This document shows, piece by piece, positions 37,022-46,912 of a stretch of DNA of 64,000 bases; position 1 is the first letter of the stretch, and each line of letters begins with the position of its first letter. The stretch lies in contig CAZSDS010000001.1 of NCBI GenBank assembly GCA_964605735.1, positions 134,771 through 198,770 of the forward strand, given 5' to 3'. Both the position numbers and the translations under genes were made by a program. The notes beneath the pieces were generated by a model that saw only the letters and a list, made by a program, of their open reading frames with translations, had not been told where the DNA came from and searched no databases. The stretch comes from an uncultured Candidatus Saccharibacteria bacterium. Lineage in GTDB: Bacteria; Patescibacteriota; Doudnabacteria; UBA920; O2-02-FULL-48-8.

Positions 37022-37786
37022 ATGTGGATAAAGAGTTTTGAGCTAAATCCCGCTTCCAGCTATCATAAACCTATGCAAATTACGTTAAAAGCGGCCCAAA
37101 GCGCGCTATATAAGCGCAAAGATCCGGTTAAGGCAGAATTCCTTAAGCGTTTTTTTAAGACTGCGAAAGGAGAGTACGCAGAAGGTGACCAGTTCCTGGG
37201 GATCACTGTTCCTGTGAACCGCTCCATTGCCAAGGATTTTCGGCAACTTCCTTTAAAGGATGTTTTTCAGCTATTGCGTTCAAAATTCCATGAAGGGCGG
37301 CTGATGGCGCTTTTTATTCTTGAACATCAGTTCAAGAAAAGCGACGAAAAAGTCCGTATACGCATAATCAAAGAATACTTAAGGCTGTCAGGGAAGTATG
37401 TGAACAATTGGGATCTTGTGGATTCCAGTGCGCCATACTTGCTTGGAAAATATCTGGAGGACAAGCCTCGGGATGTTTTGTATAAACTTGCGCGCTCCGC
37501 AAATTTGTGGGAAAAACGAATTGCGATCATCAGCACGTTGCATTTTATCAAGCAAGATGACTACAAGGACACGCTGGCTCTGGCAAAAATTTTAATGAAC
37601 GATAAGCATGATTTGATCCATAAGGCTGTGGGTTGGATGTTGAGGGAAGTTGGAAAGCGTTCAGAAGAAACAGAGACCAAGTTTTTGGATCAACATGCGC
37701 ACAAAATGCCGCGCACTATGCTGCGTTATGCCATTGAAAAATATCCTGAACCAGTCCGCAAAAAATATTTAGCCCAAAAAAAATGA
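37022..37786 (+). CDS. DNA alkylation repair (AlkD/AlkC-like HEAT-repeat) protein
   Basis: Size and the repeated W-x-L-V-D/HK-x-V-GWMLRE motifs match the DNA_alkylation family; an alternative start is at 37073. Confidence 0.65.
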   Translation: MWIKSFELNPASSYHKPMQITLKAAQSALYKRKDPVKAEFLKRFFKTAKGEYAEGDQFLGITVPVNRSIAKDFRQLPLKDVFQLLRSKFHEGRLMALFILEHQFKKSDEKVRIRIIKEYLRLSGKYVNNWDLVDSSAPYLLGKYLEDKPRDVLYKLARSANLWEKRIAIISTLHFIKQDDYKDTLALAKILMNDKHDLIHKAVGWMLREVGKRSEETETKFLDQHAHKMPRTMLRYAIEKYPEPVRKKYLAQKK

Positions 37787-38430
37787 CAAAGTGGTTCTCC
37801 TTGCTTTCAGAAGAAGAAACAAAAATTTTCAAAAACCTGGCCAGTCCGGCAAAAATCCAGGATTACCTAGATCAACTGCGCATAAATTTTGAAGAAGATG
37901 GCGACACATGTTCATCCCCAAGAGTGGTCATCAAACGCAAGTCCGCCCACTGCATTGAAGCGGCTCTGCTCGCGGCCGCGGTCATGATTTTCCATGGCAA
38001 AAAACCTTTGCTATTGGACTTAAAAGCCAATAAACGCGATTTTGACCATGTGGTATGTTTGTTCAAGAAAGGAAAATATTGGGGGGCATTCAGCAAATCA
38101 AACCATGTTTCCTTGAGATTCCGCGAGCCGGTTTATCGCACAACCCGTGAACTTGCCATGTCATACTTCCATGAGTACTTCAATGAAAACGGGGAAAAAA
38201 CCCTGCAAAGTTATTCCCGGCCAATGAGTTTGTCAGGGTATGAGCCGGACTGGGTCATTGCTGAAGAAAATTTGTGGGGAATAGCGAATGATTTGGATGA
38301 AATTGCCCATTTCAATGTGGTTCCCGGGAAAATAAAACTTAGGACCGCTGATAAATTTGAAATGAAGGCAGGAAATATGGTGGAATACACTTTGCCTAAG
38401 AAAAAAATCCAGAAAAGTGGTAAAATATAA
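37783..38430 (+). CDS. hypothetical protein with a possible Cys/His/Asp hydrolase triad
   Basis: Conserved-looking C (SAHCIEAALLAAAV), H (FDHVVC) and D residues; no firm family assignment. Confidence 0.4.
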   Translation: MTKWFSLLSEEETKIFKNLASPAKIQDYLDQLRINFEEDGDTCSSPRVVIKRKSAHCIEAALLAAAVMIFHGKKPLLLDLKANKRDFDHVVCLFKKGKYWGAFSKSNHVSLRFREPVYRTTRELAMSYFHEYFNENGEKTLQSYSRPMSLSGYEPDWVIAEENLWGIANDLDEIAHFNVVPGKIKLRTADKFEMKAGNMVEYTLPKKKIQKSGKI

Positions 38431-38433
38431 GCA

Positions 38434-39327
38434 ATGACAAAGACCATACAAAAAGCAATTGTTCTGGCAGTCCTGGCAGGGCTTGGCTTTTACGTGTACG
38501 CGAACTATCTGACAGCCTGCACCCAAACGCTTTACTATGACATTGGCGAGATTGATCCAAGGTTTGGCATCACAGAAGAGGAATTTGTTAAATTGGTTCA
38601 GGAAACCGAAACGGTTTGGGAAAAACCTTTTGGTACGGAGTTTTTCCAGTATAATCCTGATGCCAAATTCAAGATAAACCTTATATTTGATGACCGCCAG
38701 CAAAAAACAATTGATGAACGCAATTCCAGGTCAAACATCAGCAGTAAGGAGCAGGCGTATCTAGCAAACGTGGCTGAATACGAAGGGGCTTTGGCAGTCC
38801 ACAATGAAACAAATGACAAATACGAGGCAGCGGTGGATGCATATGAGCAAAGATTAAACAAATACAATCAGGACGTGGACCATTGGAACAGGCAAGGCGG
38901 CGCCCCAAACCAGGAATACAACCGACTGCAACAGGAAAAAAGATTTCTCCAGTCAGAATCAAAGCGGTTGGAGAATGAGCGGCAGAAGCTGAACAGCGAA
39001 GTCACGGCATTAAACAGCATGATTGCCATAATCAACAGCCAGGCCAAGGACCTGAATTTTGACGTAAACGCATACAACGGAACTTTTGGCACAACCAGAG
39101 AATTCGACCAAGGCAGTTACAGTGGCAACGCCATTGACATTTACCAGTTTAGCACGCAGGAGGATCTCCGTTTGGTCGTTGCCCACGAATTAGGGCATGC
39201 CTTAGGCATCGATCATGTGGAAGATCCAAATGCCATCATGTATTATTTGATGGACAAGCAAAACATCAAGAACCTGCATTTGAGCGCAACGGATATATCG
39301 GCAGTAAGAAGTTCCTGTAATTTATAA
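38434..39327 (+). CDS. membrane-anchored metzincin (matrixin-like) zinc metalloprotease with a coiled-coil region
   Basis: HELGHALGIDH is the HExxHxxGxxH motif, followed by a Met-turn (IMYY); an N-terminal TM helix; a Gln/Glu-rich coiled-coil segment. Confidence 0.75.
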   Translation: MTKTIQKAIVLAVLAGLGFYVYANYLTACTQTLYYDIGEIDPRFGITEEEFVKLVQETETVWEKPFGTEFFQYNPDAKFKINLIFDDRQQKTIDERNSRSNISSKEQAYLANVAEYEGALAVHNETNDKYEAAVDAYEQRLNKYNQDVDHWNRQGGAPNQEYNRLQQEKRFLQSESKRLENERQKLNSEVTALNSMIAIINSQAKDLNFDVNAYNGTFGTTREFDQGSYSGNAIDIYQFSTQEDLRLVVAHELGHALGIDHVEDPNAIMYYLMDKQNIKNLHLSATDISAVRSSCNL

Positions 39328-39333
39328 GAAATA

Positions 39334-39819
39334 ATGACAAAAAAAGAAATTGTGGTTGCGACCAGCGGAGGTTTTGATCCTCTGCACGTGGGGCATGTGA
39401 GACTTTTCCAAGAAGCCAAAAAATTGGGTGACCGTTTGGTGGTGATTTTAAACAGCGACGAGTGGCTTAAACGCAAAAAAGGTTATGTTTTCATGAACGT
39501 CAAACACCGCATGGAGATGATTCTGGCCATTAAAGGCGTTGATGAGGTTATGGTTTGGGACGATGGAACTCCAACAGTGAGCGGAGCGCTTCGCAAGCTC
39601 AAGCCGGATATTTTTGCCAAGGGCGGTGACAGGAGCAGTCTGGACAAAATTCCGGAAGCGGCCGTGTGCAAAGAGATAGGGTGTAAGATAGTTACGGATG
39701 TTGGCAAGGGCGGCAAGATTGAGTCCAGCTCCTGGTTATTGAAGCGCTTCTTGGACAACTCCAAGGACATGAAAAGTGCTATTGCTGTGAAGATAAAGCA
39801 AAAAGCAAAGAAGCGTTGA
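39334..39819 (+). CDS. cytidylyl/adenylyltransferase-like nucleotidyltransferase (RfaE domain II / TagD-like)
   Basis: ATSGGFDPLHVGHVRL is the (H/T)xGH nucleotidyltransferase motif; 161 aa. Confidence 0.8.
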   Translation: MTKKEIVVATSGGFDPLHVGHVRLFQEAKKLGDRLVVILNSDEWLKRKKGYVFMNVKHRMEMILAIKGVDEVMVWDDGTPTVSGALRKLKPDIFAKGGDRSSLDKIPEAAVCKEIGCKIVTDVGKGGKIESSSWLLKRFLDNSKDMKSAIAVKIKQKAKKR

Positions 39820-39888
39820 CAAAGCGGGGGAGATTTTCTAAACTGTCCCGTTCCCCAGCGCTCGCGATAATTATATAATGACAACCAT

Positions 39889-41097
39889 ATGATACAGGAC
39901 AACAATCAACAACAAACTTGGTACCAAAGATACGGTAAGTACATACCCGGCGTTTTGGGCTTGGTGGGTTTGGTTGTGGCCGGATTCATATTCCTGGATA
40001 AATCAGATTCAGATCTTTTGGACGTAATTACAGGCAACAAAATTGTTCCGGTTGCCAACGCTACTGTGGATGAAATCCATACATCTTGTGAAGCCAAAGG
40101 TTCAGGCGGTGACATCTTCGAGTGCTATGCCGTGAACTTCGACACTTACATGCGCTCCAACGGGGGAAGGAAAACTTTAGAGTTGCTGGATCAGCTTCAG
40201 AAAAAAGGCGGATACGTGCAAACCAATTGCCACCCGCTTTCGCATAAAGTGGGTAATATAGCTTTGCATGTGTACGGCTCTGTCCCGGCCGCTGTGCCGG
40301 AATACCTGCCGGTTTGCCATTCCGGTTACTATCATGGCCTGCTTGAAGAATATTTAGGCACCGCTGAAAGCTATGAAAGCGGAGTCGCGGAAGTTTGTGG
40401 CACTCCGGAAACCCAATCCTTCTTTAATTGGTTTCAGTGTACGCACGGACTTGGCCACGGCATAATGCAATTCAGGGACAACGAAGTGCCGGATGCGCTG
40501 AAGGATTGTGACCTTGTTGATCCGGCCAACCAGGCCAGGGAAATTTGCTATGCCGGAGTATTCATGGAAAACATAACCACTGACGAAAAAACCGGCCATC
40601 CAGCCAAGTACATTAAAAAAGAAGATCCGATTTACCCCTGCAACGCAGTGGAGTCTCAGTACCGCAGCGCCTGCTATTTCCTGGCCAGCTCCCAAATCCT
40701 GAAACTCAACGGCTGGGATTTTGAAGACACTTTCAAGCAGTGCGCCAAAGCTGAAGAGCAATATCGCTTCCTCTGTTACCAAAGCCTTGGCCGTGATGTT
40801 TCCGGCTCATCCTTGAACAATGACGCCAGGGTAAAACAGCTCTGCGGCTTGGCAGGCGAAGACACTTATGCCAAGTCTGAGTGTTACTTCGGCGCTGTAC
40901 GTGATTACACCAACAGAGTGGGCGAGTTTGATGAATCCATAAGGCTGTGCAATTACATAGAATCCGAATTTCAACAGCGCTGTTATGAGGCAATTTTCTA
41001 TGACATGGCCCAGTACAAGCAGGGACAGGCGTTTCTTGATGTGTGCGCCAAAATGCCGGACAATTTCAGAAGCCAGTGTGTGGTGCGGCAGCAATAA
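39889..41097 (+). CDS. membrane-anchored cysteine-rich repeat protein
   Basis: N-terminal TM helix; at least 6 repeats of about 37 aa with the pattern C-x9-12-C-Y-x6-[DE] (QCAKAEEQYRFLCYQSLGRD, ECYFGAVRDY, RCYEAIFYD...). Confidence 0.5.
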   Translation: MIQDNNQQQTWYQRYGKYIPGVLGLVGLVVAGFIFLDKSDSDLLDVITGNKIVPVANATVDEIHTSCEAKGSGGDIFECYAVNFDTYMRSNGGRKTLELLDQLQKKGGYVQTNCHPLSHKVGNIALHVYGSVPAAVPEYLPVCHSGYYHGLLEEYLGTAESYESGVAEVCGTPETQSFFNWFQCTHGLGHGIMQFRDNEVPDALKDCDLVDPANQAREICYAGVFMENITTDEKTGHPAKYIKKEDPIYPCNAVESQYRSACYFLASSQILKLNGWDFEDTFKQCAKAEEQYRFLCYQSLGRDVSGSSLNNDARVKQLCGLAGEDTYAKSECYFGAVRDYTNRVGEFDESIRLCNYIESEFQQRCYEAIFYDMAQYKQGQAFLDVCAKMPDNFRSQCVVRQQ

Positions 41098-41152
41098 CGG
41101 GCTAGCAATAACGGTTTAAGAAGCATGCTGAAAAAACGTAAGGAGGCACCGT

Positions 41153-41497
41153 ATGTTGACCAGAATGACCGTCAGCTTGGGGCCGTTGTTAAAAGTCTTT
41201 CAGGATGAAAATTTTCCGGAGAAACGGCATCCGGCACTGTTCAGGTTTTTAGGCAGTGTCCGGGAGGGCCTGCAGAAAAACCAAACCGGTCAGGTTGACC
41301 CCCAGGTGTTCTGCGTGGGGCTGTTCCACCTGATTATGGGCATGGGCGCCAGGGAGCGCATCTTTGTGTCCTCTAGCCTGCCGGAGATTTGCGAAGCAGT
41401 GGAAAAACTGGGCGGCGATTATGTTCGTTTCGCGGCCGGAATGCGTGAGCACTATCAGCGCTTTATCCGCCCTGCCGTCAACCGTCCGAATTCATGA
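41153..41497 (+). CDS. hypothetical protein (GC-rich), first gene of an overlapping pair
   Basis: AAGGAGG SD; its stop overlaps the next gene's ATG by 4 nt. Confidence 0.45.
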   Translation: MLTRMTVSLGPLLKVFQDENFPEKRHPALFRFLGSVREGLQKNQTGQVDPQVFCVGLFHLIMGMGARERIFVSSSLPEICEAVEKLGGDYVRFAAGMREHYQRFIRPAVNRPNS

Positions 41498-41967
41498 GGT
41501 TGGTGAGCATGTCTGCCAAAAAGCTGAATCACCCGAATCTTTTCCCCGGGCCTCCTCTGCCCAGGCATGAAATTTCTGCCGGAGTTCTGCAAGCTGTTCA
41601 GGTGATTGAAGTTAAGGGGTGTCGGATTTATCTTTTCAAAGCGTTGATTGCCCCGCCTCATCCCAGGGCCAAGGGGGTTATCTTCGCCAGGAAAATCAAT
41701 CTGGCATTCCGGTACTCAGGGTACGAACCGGTGAACAGTAACTTCTTGCCCGAGGCGGTTGAGAGGTTTGATCCAGGCGTAGTCACTACAAACGCGAGAG
41801 TGTTTGCCTTGGATCCAATCAAGTGGGGGCGAGCCCAAGCCGCCATTTTTACGGGTGAAAAGTGGGAGATCGTTTGGGAAGCAGTCAGGCCAGAGCATGA
41901 AAACCTTTTTCTGGTCAGCAAAAGACTGCATCCGTATGCAAGGAGGGTACAGGGTAAATTATTTTAA
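41494..41967 (+). CDS. hypothetical protein (GC-rich), second gene of an overlapping pair
   Basis: ATGA start/stop overlap with the upstream ORF; no recognised domain. Confidence 0.45.
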   Translation: MRLVSMSAKKLNHPNLFPGPPLPRHEISAGVLQAVQVIEVKGCRIYLFKALIAPPHPRAKGVIFARKINLAFRYSGYEPVNSNFLPEAVERFDPGVVTTNARVFALDPIKWGRAQAAIFTGEKWEIVWEAVRPEHENLFLVSKRLHPYARRVQGKLF

Positions 41968-42084
41968 GCAGCTTTGGGCAGCTGCTTTTTTATGCGGCGG
42001 CTGGTTTTCCAGCCGGCTTGTGCCAAAAATAGGGAATTGGTATACTTAGCCAGTAGTTTTTACAAATTTTAGATAAGAAAGAAC

Positions 42085-43428
42085 ATGAAACGAAAAGGCA
42101 TATTTTTCAGGGTATTGGGGATACTGCTTTTGACAGTCGTGGCTGGGGCAATTGCTCTTCCTGACACAAACGTCAATCTAAATTCCGTTAAAATCCCGTT
42201 CGAGAAAAATTGGGATTTGAAACTTGGTCTTGATCTGCAAGGCGGCACTCAACTGGTCTATGAAGCTGACATGAGTGATATCTCGGCTGATGCGCGCGCA
42301 GATGCTTTGAATTCAGCCCGTGATGTCATTGACAGGCGGGTGAACGCGTTCGGTGTATCTGAGCCGTTGGTTCAGGTTTCCGGCGACAACAGAATTATTG
42401 CTGAGCTGGCAGGGGTAAGAGACATAAATCAGGCAATCGAGCTGATTGGTCAAACTCCGTTTTTGGAATTCCGGGAAGAAAATCCCAATCCGCCTGAACT
42501 CACTCCAAATGAAAACGGTGAGGTTGTTGTTGACACTGATTCCATTTTTCTTCCAACCCAGCTAAGCGGCAAACAACTGGAACGCGCAGTTTTGAATTTT
42601 GACCAGACAACTGGCGCCCCTATCGTTGCCTTGCAATTTGATGACGAAGGAAAACAGCTGTTCAGCCAGTTAACGCAAAAAAACATCGGCAAAAGGATTG
42701 CAATTTTTCTTGATGGAGAAATTATTTCCGCGCCAACAGTTCAATCCGCAATCGATAGCGGCGAGGCCATCATCACAAACATAGGGACAGTCAATGAAGC
42801 CAAAGAGCTGGTGACCAGATTAAATTCAGGCGCTTTGCCTGTGCCAATCAAACTCATTTCCCAGCAGAACGTTGGTGCTACTTTGGGTATTGATTCCCTG
42901 CAAAAAAGCGTCATGGCTGGCTTGATTGGGTTCATCATTGTGGCGCTGTTTATGATCATCTACTACCGATTGCCTGGTGTCCTGGCAGTCATTGCTCTGG
43001 TCATTTACACTCTGATTTCATTGGCAGTATTTAAACTTTTCGGAGTGACATTGACGCTGGCCGGAGTTGCCGGATTTATTCTCTCCGTTGGTATGGCAGT
43101 TGACGCCAATGTCTTGATTTTTGAGCGCATGAAAGAAGAGCTGAGGAAAGGCAAGAGCCTTAACCAGGCAGTGGATGACGGATTCAATCGCGCTTGGTTG
43201 TCAGTCCGCGACTCCAACGTCTCGAGCTTAATCACAACTTTCATCCTTGGTTACTTTGGCACAAGCATTATCCGAGGTTTTGCCATCACCCTGGCCATTG
43301 GTATTCTCATCTCCATGTTTACGGCAATTACCCTGACCAGGACATTGCTGAAAATAGCCGCGAGAATGAGTTTCCTGAGCAATGAAAGATTATACGGTGT
43401 AAGAGTAAAGGAGTCAGCAAATGCTTAA
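42085..43428 (+). CDS. secD: protein-export membrane protein SecD
   Basis: Periplasmic domain plus six C-terminal TM helices with the SecD motif (GLDLQGG..., LAGVAGFILSVGMAVDANVLIFER). Confidence 0.95.
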   Translation: MKRKGIFFRVLGILLLTVVAGAIALPDTNVNLNSVKIPFEKNWDLKLGLDLQGGTQLVYEADMSDISADARADALNSARDVIDRRVNAFGVSEPLVQVSGDNRIIAELAGVRDINQAIELIGQTPFLEFREENPNPPELTPNENGEVVVDTDSIFLPTQLSGKQLERAVLNFDQTTGAPIVALQFDDEGKQLFSQLTQKNIGKRIAIFLDGEIISAPTVQSAIDSGEAIITNIGTVNEAKELVTRLNSGALPVPIKLISQQNVGATLGIDSLQKSVMAGLIGFIIVALFMIIYYRLPGVLAVIALVIYTLISLAVFKLFGVTLTLAGVAGFILSVGMAVDANVLIFERMKEELRKGKSLNQAVDDGFNRAWLSVRDSNVSSLITTFILGYFGTSIIRGFAITLAIGILISMFTAITLTRTLLKIAARMSFLSNERLYGVRVKESANA

Positions 43429-44326
43429 TATTATCAAGTATTACAGGGTTTGGTTTGGTATTTCTTTGGTTTTTGCTATTGCTTCCATTATTGCGCTTGC
43501 AGTTTACGGCTTGAATTTTGGCATCGACTTCAAAGGCGGAACACTCAGCCAGTTGAGGATTTCCGAAAATCCTGCCTCAAGTGAGGTTAGAACTGTCCTG
43601 CAAGAGAATGGTTATGAAGGAGCTCTGGTCCAGCCGGGCGATGAAGGGATCTTTATTATCAGAACCGGCCCGCAGGAAAAAGAACAACATGATCAGATGC
43701 TGAAAGTTTTGGACGACAAATATGAAGAAGTTGTTGAAGAGCAATTCACTTCCGTGGGCCCGGTTATTGGCCGCGAATTGGCGAACAAAGCTTTGTGGCA
43801 ACTTTTACTGGTCTCGCTGGCTATCATTCTTTACATTGCTTATGCTTTCAGAAAAGTCACCAAGCCGGTTTCCTCCTGGAGGTTCGGCGTTACCGCGATA
43901 ATCGCATTGCTTCATGACTTGCTTGTGGTTATTGGGGTGTTTGCAGTGCTTGGCCATTTCTTTGGCGTGGAAGTGGATAGTTTGTTCGTCACCGCACTTC
44001 TTACTGTGCTCGGATTTTCAGTGCATGACACAATAGTTGTTTTTGACCGTATCCGCGAAAACCTGAGGGTGCGCGCCGGACAGTCGCTTTCTGAGATAAT
44101 CAACAACAGCATCAGCCAAACCATTGTCCGTTCCATTAACACCACTTTGACGATTGTCTTTGTCCTGGTTGCCCTGCTTCTTTTCGGCGGTGAAACCATC
44201 AGATACTTTGTCCTCGCCCTGTTGTTAGGCGTGGTTGTCGGCACTTATTCTTCCATTTTCATTGCCAGTCCGCTTCTGCTTTCCTGGCATAACTGGGAAT
44301 TAAAAAGAAAAGGCAAAACAGCCTAG
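43421..44326 (+). CDS. secF: protein-export membrane protein SecF
   Basis: GIDFKGGT..., FDRIRE and the SecF TM core; overlaps the secD end; terminator at 44347-44372. Confidence 0.95.
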   Translation: MLNIIKYYRVWFGISLVFAIASIIALAVYGLNFGIDFKGGTLSQLRISENPASSEVRTVLQENGYEGALVQPGDEGIFIIRTGPQEKEQHDQMLKVLDDKYEEVVEEQFTSVGPVIGRELANKALWQLLLVSLAIILYIAYAFRKVTKPVSSWRFGVTAIIALLHDLLVVIGVFAVLGHFFGVEVDSLFVTALLTVLGFSVHDTIVVFDRIRENLRVRAGQSLSEIINNSISQTIVRSINTTLTIVFVLVALLLFGGETIRYFVLALLLGVVVGTYSSIFIASPLLLSWHNWELKRKGKTA

Positions 44327-44389
44327 CAGTATCAGATATTCCTCTAAAACCCGCCAAAAGCGGGTTTTTTGCGTTGCGGTTAGTGCTCC

Positions 44390-44418
44390 TTGACAAGCTG
44401 AGGCATTTGTGCTATACT
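44390..44418 (+). promoter_or_regulatory. sigma70-type promoter
   Basis: TTGACA (44390-44395), 17-nt spacer, TATACT (44413-44418); it lies inside the longer listed ORF, which argues for the ATG at 44437 as the real start. Confidence 0.6.
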
Positions 44419-44436
44419 TTAGACAATTTCAAGAAT

Positions 44437-45558
44437 ATGTCAGAGACTAACGACACAAAGCCAAGCATTTTGGACGCAATAATGGGTTCTCAAACTCAGA
44501 CCAATCTGAACAATTTTGAGCCTGCTCGGATTGTCGGTAACCTCCTTGCCCAGCTAAAGGACAGAGACCGCCAGATTGTGGTCAAGCGTTTTGGATTGGA
44601 AGGCCAGCAAGTCGAGACTCTTGAATCAATCGGACAGAAATACAACTTGACCCGGGAACGCGTCAGGCAAATCGAAAAAGATTCAGTGGCGTTTCTCAAG
44701 AAAAAGAACGTCAAAGACATGCAGGAATCGTTGCAGTTGATTTTTGACACTGTTGTTGAACATGGGAATATTGCCAGTGAGGAGTTCTTGATGAAAACCA
44801 TGCTCCTTAACAAGCCGGAAACCCGTGAATATTCTGCGCTTAAGTTTTTGATTTCATTGAGCGAACAGCTTAAATACCACAAAGAAACCAACCAATATTA
44901 TTCAGCCTGGTCTGTAATTGGCTTTAATATGAGCAAATTGGCTGAAGTCACTGATGAGTTCGTGAAAATTTTGCGTTCTTTGGGGAAAGTCGTCACTCAG
45001 GAAGAGCTCTACGCTAAGTTCAAGGAGACTGACTACTACAAAACACATGCTCCAGAGTTGTCAGATCGCGTTTTGCGCAGTTACCTGAACATTGCAAAAA
45101 TTATTCAGGTTAATCCGTTCAACGAAATTGGCTTAAAGGATTGGTCAGAAGTGAAGCCCCGCGACGTAGGCGATAAGGCTTATTTGGTTTTAAAACATCA
45201 TGGGAAACCGGAGCATTACTCAGTAATCACCAAAATGATTAATGAACACCGTTTTGATGACCGCACTGCATACCAGGAGACTGTTCACAATGAACTGATT
45301 AAAGATGATCGGTTTGTTCTGATTGGCCGGGGCATTTATGCATTGACCGAGTGGGGTTATAAGAAGGGTGTTGTTGCCGACGTGATCAAAGAAGTGATTG
45401 AAAGCTTTGGCAGGCCTTTGTCGCGTGAAGAAATCATTAATGAGGTTATGAAACGCCGCCAGGTTAAAAGAAATACCATCCTGGTTGGCTTATCCAACAA
45501 GAAATATTTCCAGAAGGTCGGGAAAGACAAGTACGATTTAGCAGAAACACAAATCTAA
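44437..45558 (+). CDS. DNA-binding protein with an N-terminal sigma-70 region-4-type HTH and a long C-terminal domain of unknown function
   Basis: LKDRDRQIVVKRFGLEGQQVETLESIGQKYNLTRERVRQIEKDSVAFL matches sigma-70 region 4 / LuxR-like HTH. Confidence 0.6.
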   Translation: MSETNDTKPSILDAIMGSQTQTNLNNFEPARIVGNLLAQLKDRDRQIVVKRFGLEGQQVETLESIGQKYNLTRERVRQIEKDSVAFLKKKNVKDMQESLQLIFDTVVEHGNIASEEFLMKTMLLNKPETREYSALKFLISLSEQLKYHKETNQYYSAWSVIGFNMSKLAEVTDEFVKILRSLGKVVTQEELYAKFKETDYYKTHAPELSDRVLRSYLNIAKIIQVNPFNEIGLKDWSEVKPRDVGDKAYLVLKHHGKPEHYSVITKMINEHRFDDRTAYQETVHNELIKDDRFVLIGRGIYALTEWGYKKGVVADVIKEVIESFGRPLSREEIINEVMKRRQVKRNTILVGLSNKKYFQKVGKDKYDLAETQI

Positions 45559-45562
45559 GCAA

Positions 45563-46891
45563 TTGCAAATGTTTGATGAAACTTTCGGTGACACCCTGCG
45601 ATTAGTCGAAATTATCTTAGTAGACTATTACGGGTGGATTCCCTTTGTTTGTCTATTTATATGGATCGGGTACCAGCTCTGGCTGGAACGGCAAATAATA
45701 AAATATCTTTCCACCATCAAGTGGGTGTTTTTGGAAGTTCGCGTAGATGAGTTGAACGAAAAATCCCCAGTGGCAATGGAACAGATATTTGCTTCGCTCC
45801 ATGCCATGATGCAAAACTTTACGCTTGGTGAAAAATGGACCGGGAGAACAGCTTTGCATTTGTCCGCGGAAATCGTCAGTATTGGCGGACGCGTTTCATA
45901 TATTTTCAAAGTTCCTGAGAGATACCGAAATCTGCTGGAAAGCGCTTTGTTCGCGCAATACCCGAAAGCAGAAATCAGAGAAATTCAGGATTATCTGGCC
46001 AACCTCCCGCGCAATTATGATCCGCAGACATCTGAGTTTGAAATGTGGGGGACCCAGCTGAACAAACGCGCAGACAACGCTCTGCCTATCCGAACCTACA
46101 AGCAGGCAGACCAGTTCTTTGAACATTCAGAACAGAAGACTACTGTTGATTCTCTGGCAGGCATTTTGGAAGTTATGAGCAATATTTTGCCGCATGAATT
46201 GATGGCAATTCAAATTGTCATCAAACCCCTTAATGATGACTGGAAAAAGAGCGGCGTGGACCTGGTTAGCAAGATGAAAGGAGTCCCGCCAAAGGCCAAA
46301 CCTCCTGGGTTGTTTGATGTGATTTTCGTGCAAGGACCTGGCATGGTTTTGGATTTATTGCTTGAGGGGCTTGGGTTGAAAGGTGAGACCGAGCCTAAAA
46401 AGGAAGAAAAGCCTCAGCCTCTGACGCAGTCCATGACTGATTCGGAAAAATTTAATATTGATGCGGTGGTGGTTGGCCTGAGCAAGCTTAGCTATGAAAC
46501 CAAATTCCGGTTGCTGTATTTGGCGCCCAAAGACAAGTTCAGTAAAGGCATGCGCATCCCGGAAATTTTGGGCGCGTTCAGAAATTTCGACAACCCCCAG
46601 CTTAACGGATTGAAGCCTGACAGCGCGAAAGTCACAACAGACGCCAGCTTTAAGCTGTTCCAGAACCTTGAACAGCCTTGGCTTGACCATAAAATCAAGG
46701 TCCGCAAAAATAAATTTTTGAAGTGGTTTAAGGATCGCGGGCATTGGGAGGGTTCGGGTAAAACTATTTTCAATACGGAAGAGCTTGCGACTTTATTCCA
46801 TTTTCCACAGGCACCGAATGCGCGCGTTTCCCAGCTTGAGCGCGTTAATACCGTTAAGTCTGCCCCTCCTATTGACCTTCCGGTCGGATAA
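45563..46891 (+). CDS. hypothetical membrane protein (N-terminal TM helices), possible partner of the downstream ATPase
   Basis: IILVDYYGWIPFVCLFIWIGYQLWL hydrophobic N-terminus; a soluble domain follows; ends 22 nt before the ATPase gene. Confidence 0.5.
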   Translation: MQMFDETFGDTLRLVEIILVDYYGWIPFVCLFIWIGYQLWLERQIIKYLSTIKWVFLEVRVDELNEKSPVAMEQIFASLHAMMQNFTLGEKWTGRTALHLSAEIVSIGGRVSYIFKVPERYRNLLESALFAQYPKAEIREIQDYLANLPRNYDPQTSEFEMWGTQLNKRADNALPIRTYKQADQFFEHSEQKTTVDSLAGILEVMSNILPHELMAIQIVIKPLNDDWKKSGVDLVSKMKGVPPKAKPPGLFDVIFVQGPGMVLDLLLEGLGLKGETEPKKEEKPQPLTQSMTDSEKFNIDAVVVGLSKLSYETKFRLLYLAPKDKFSKGMRIPEILGAFRNFDNPQLNGLKPDSAKVTTDASFKLFQNLEQPWLDHKIKVRKNKFLKWFKDRGHWEGSGKTIFNTEELATLFHFPQAPNARVSQLERVNTVKSAPPIDLPVG

Positions 46892-46912
46892 CATTAAAAT
46901 ACACAGTCTCTT

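Noticed and set aside
44374-44436. Longer N-terminal extension (MRLVLLDKLRHLCYTL…) of the sigma-r4 HTH protein
   Set aside because: A near-consensus promoter (TTGACA-17-TATACT) lies inside this extension, so the transcript probably starts downstream of it; the ATG at 44437 was used instead.
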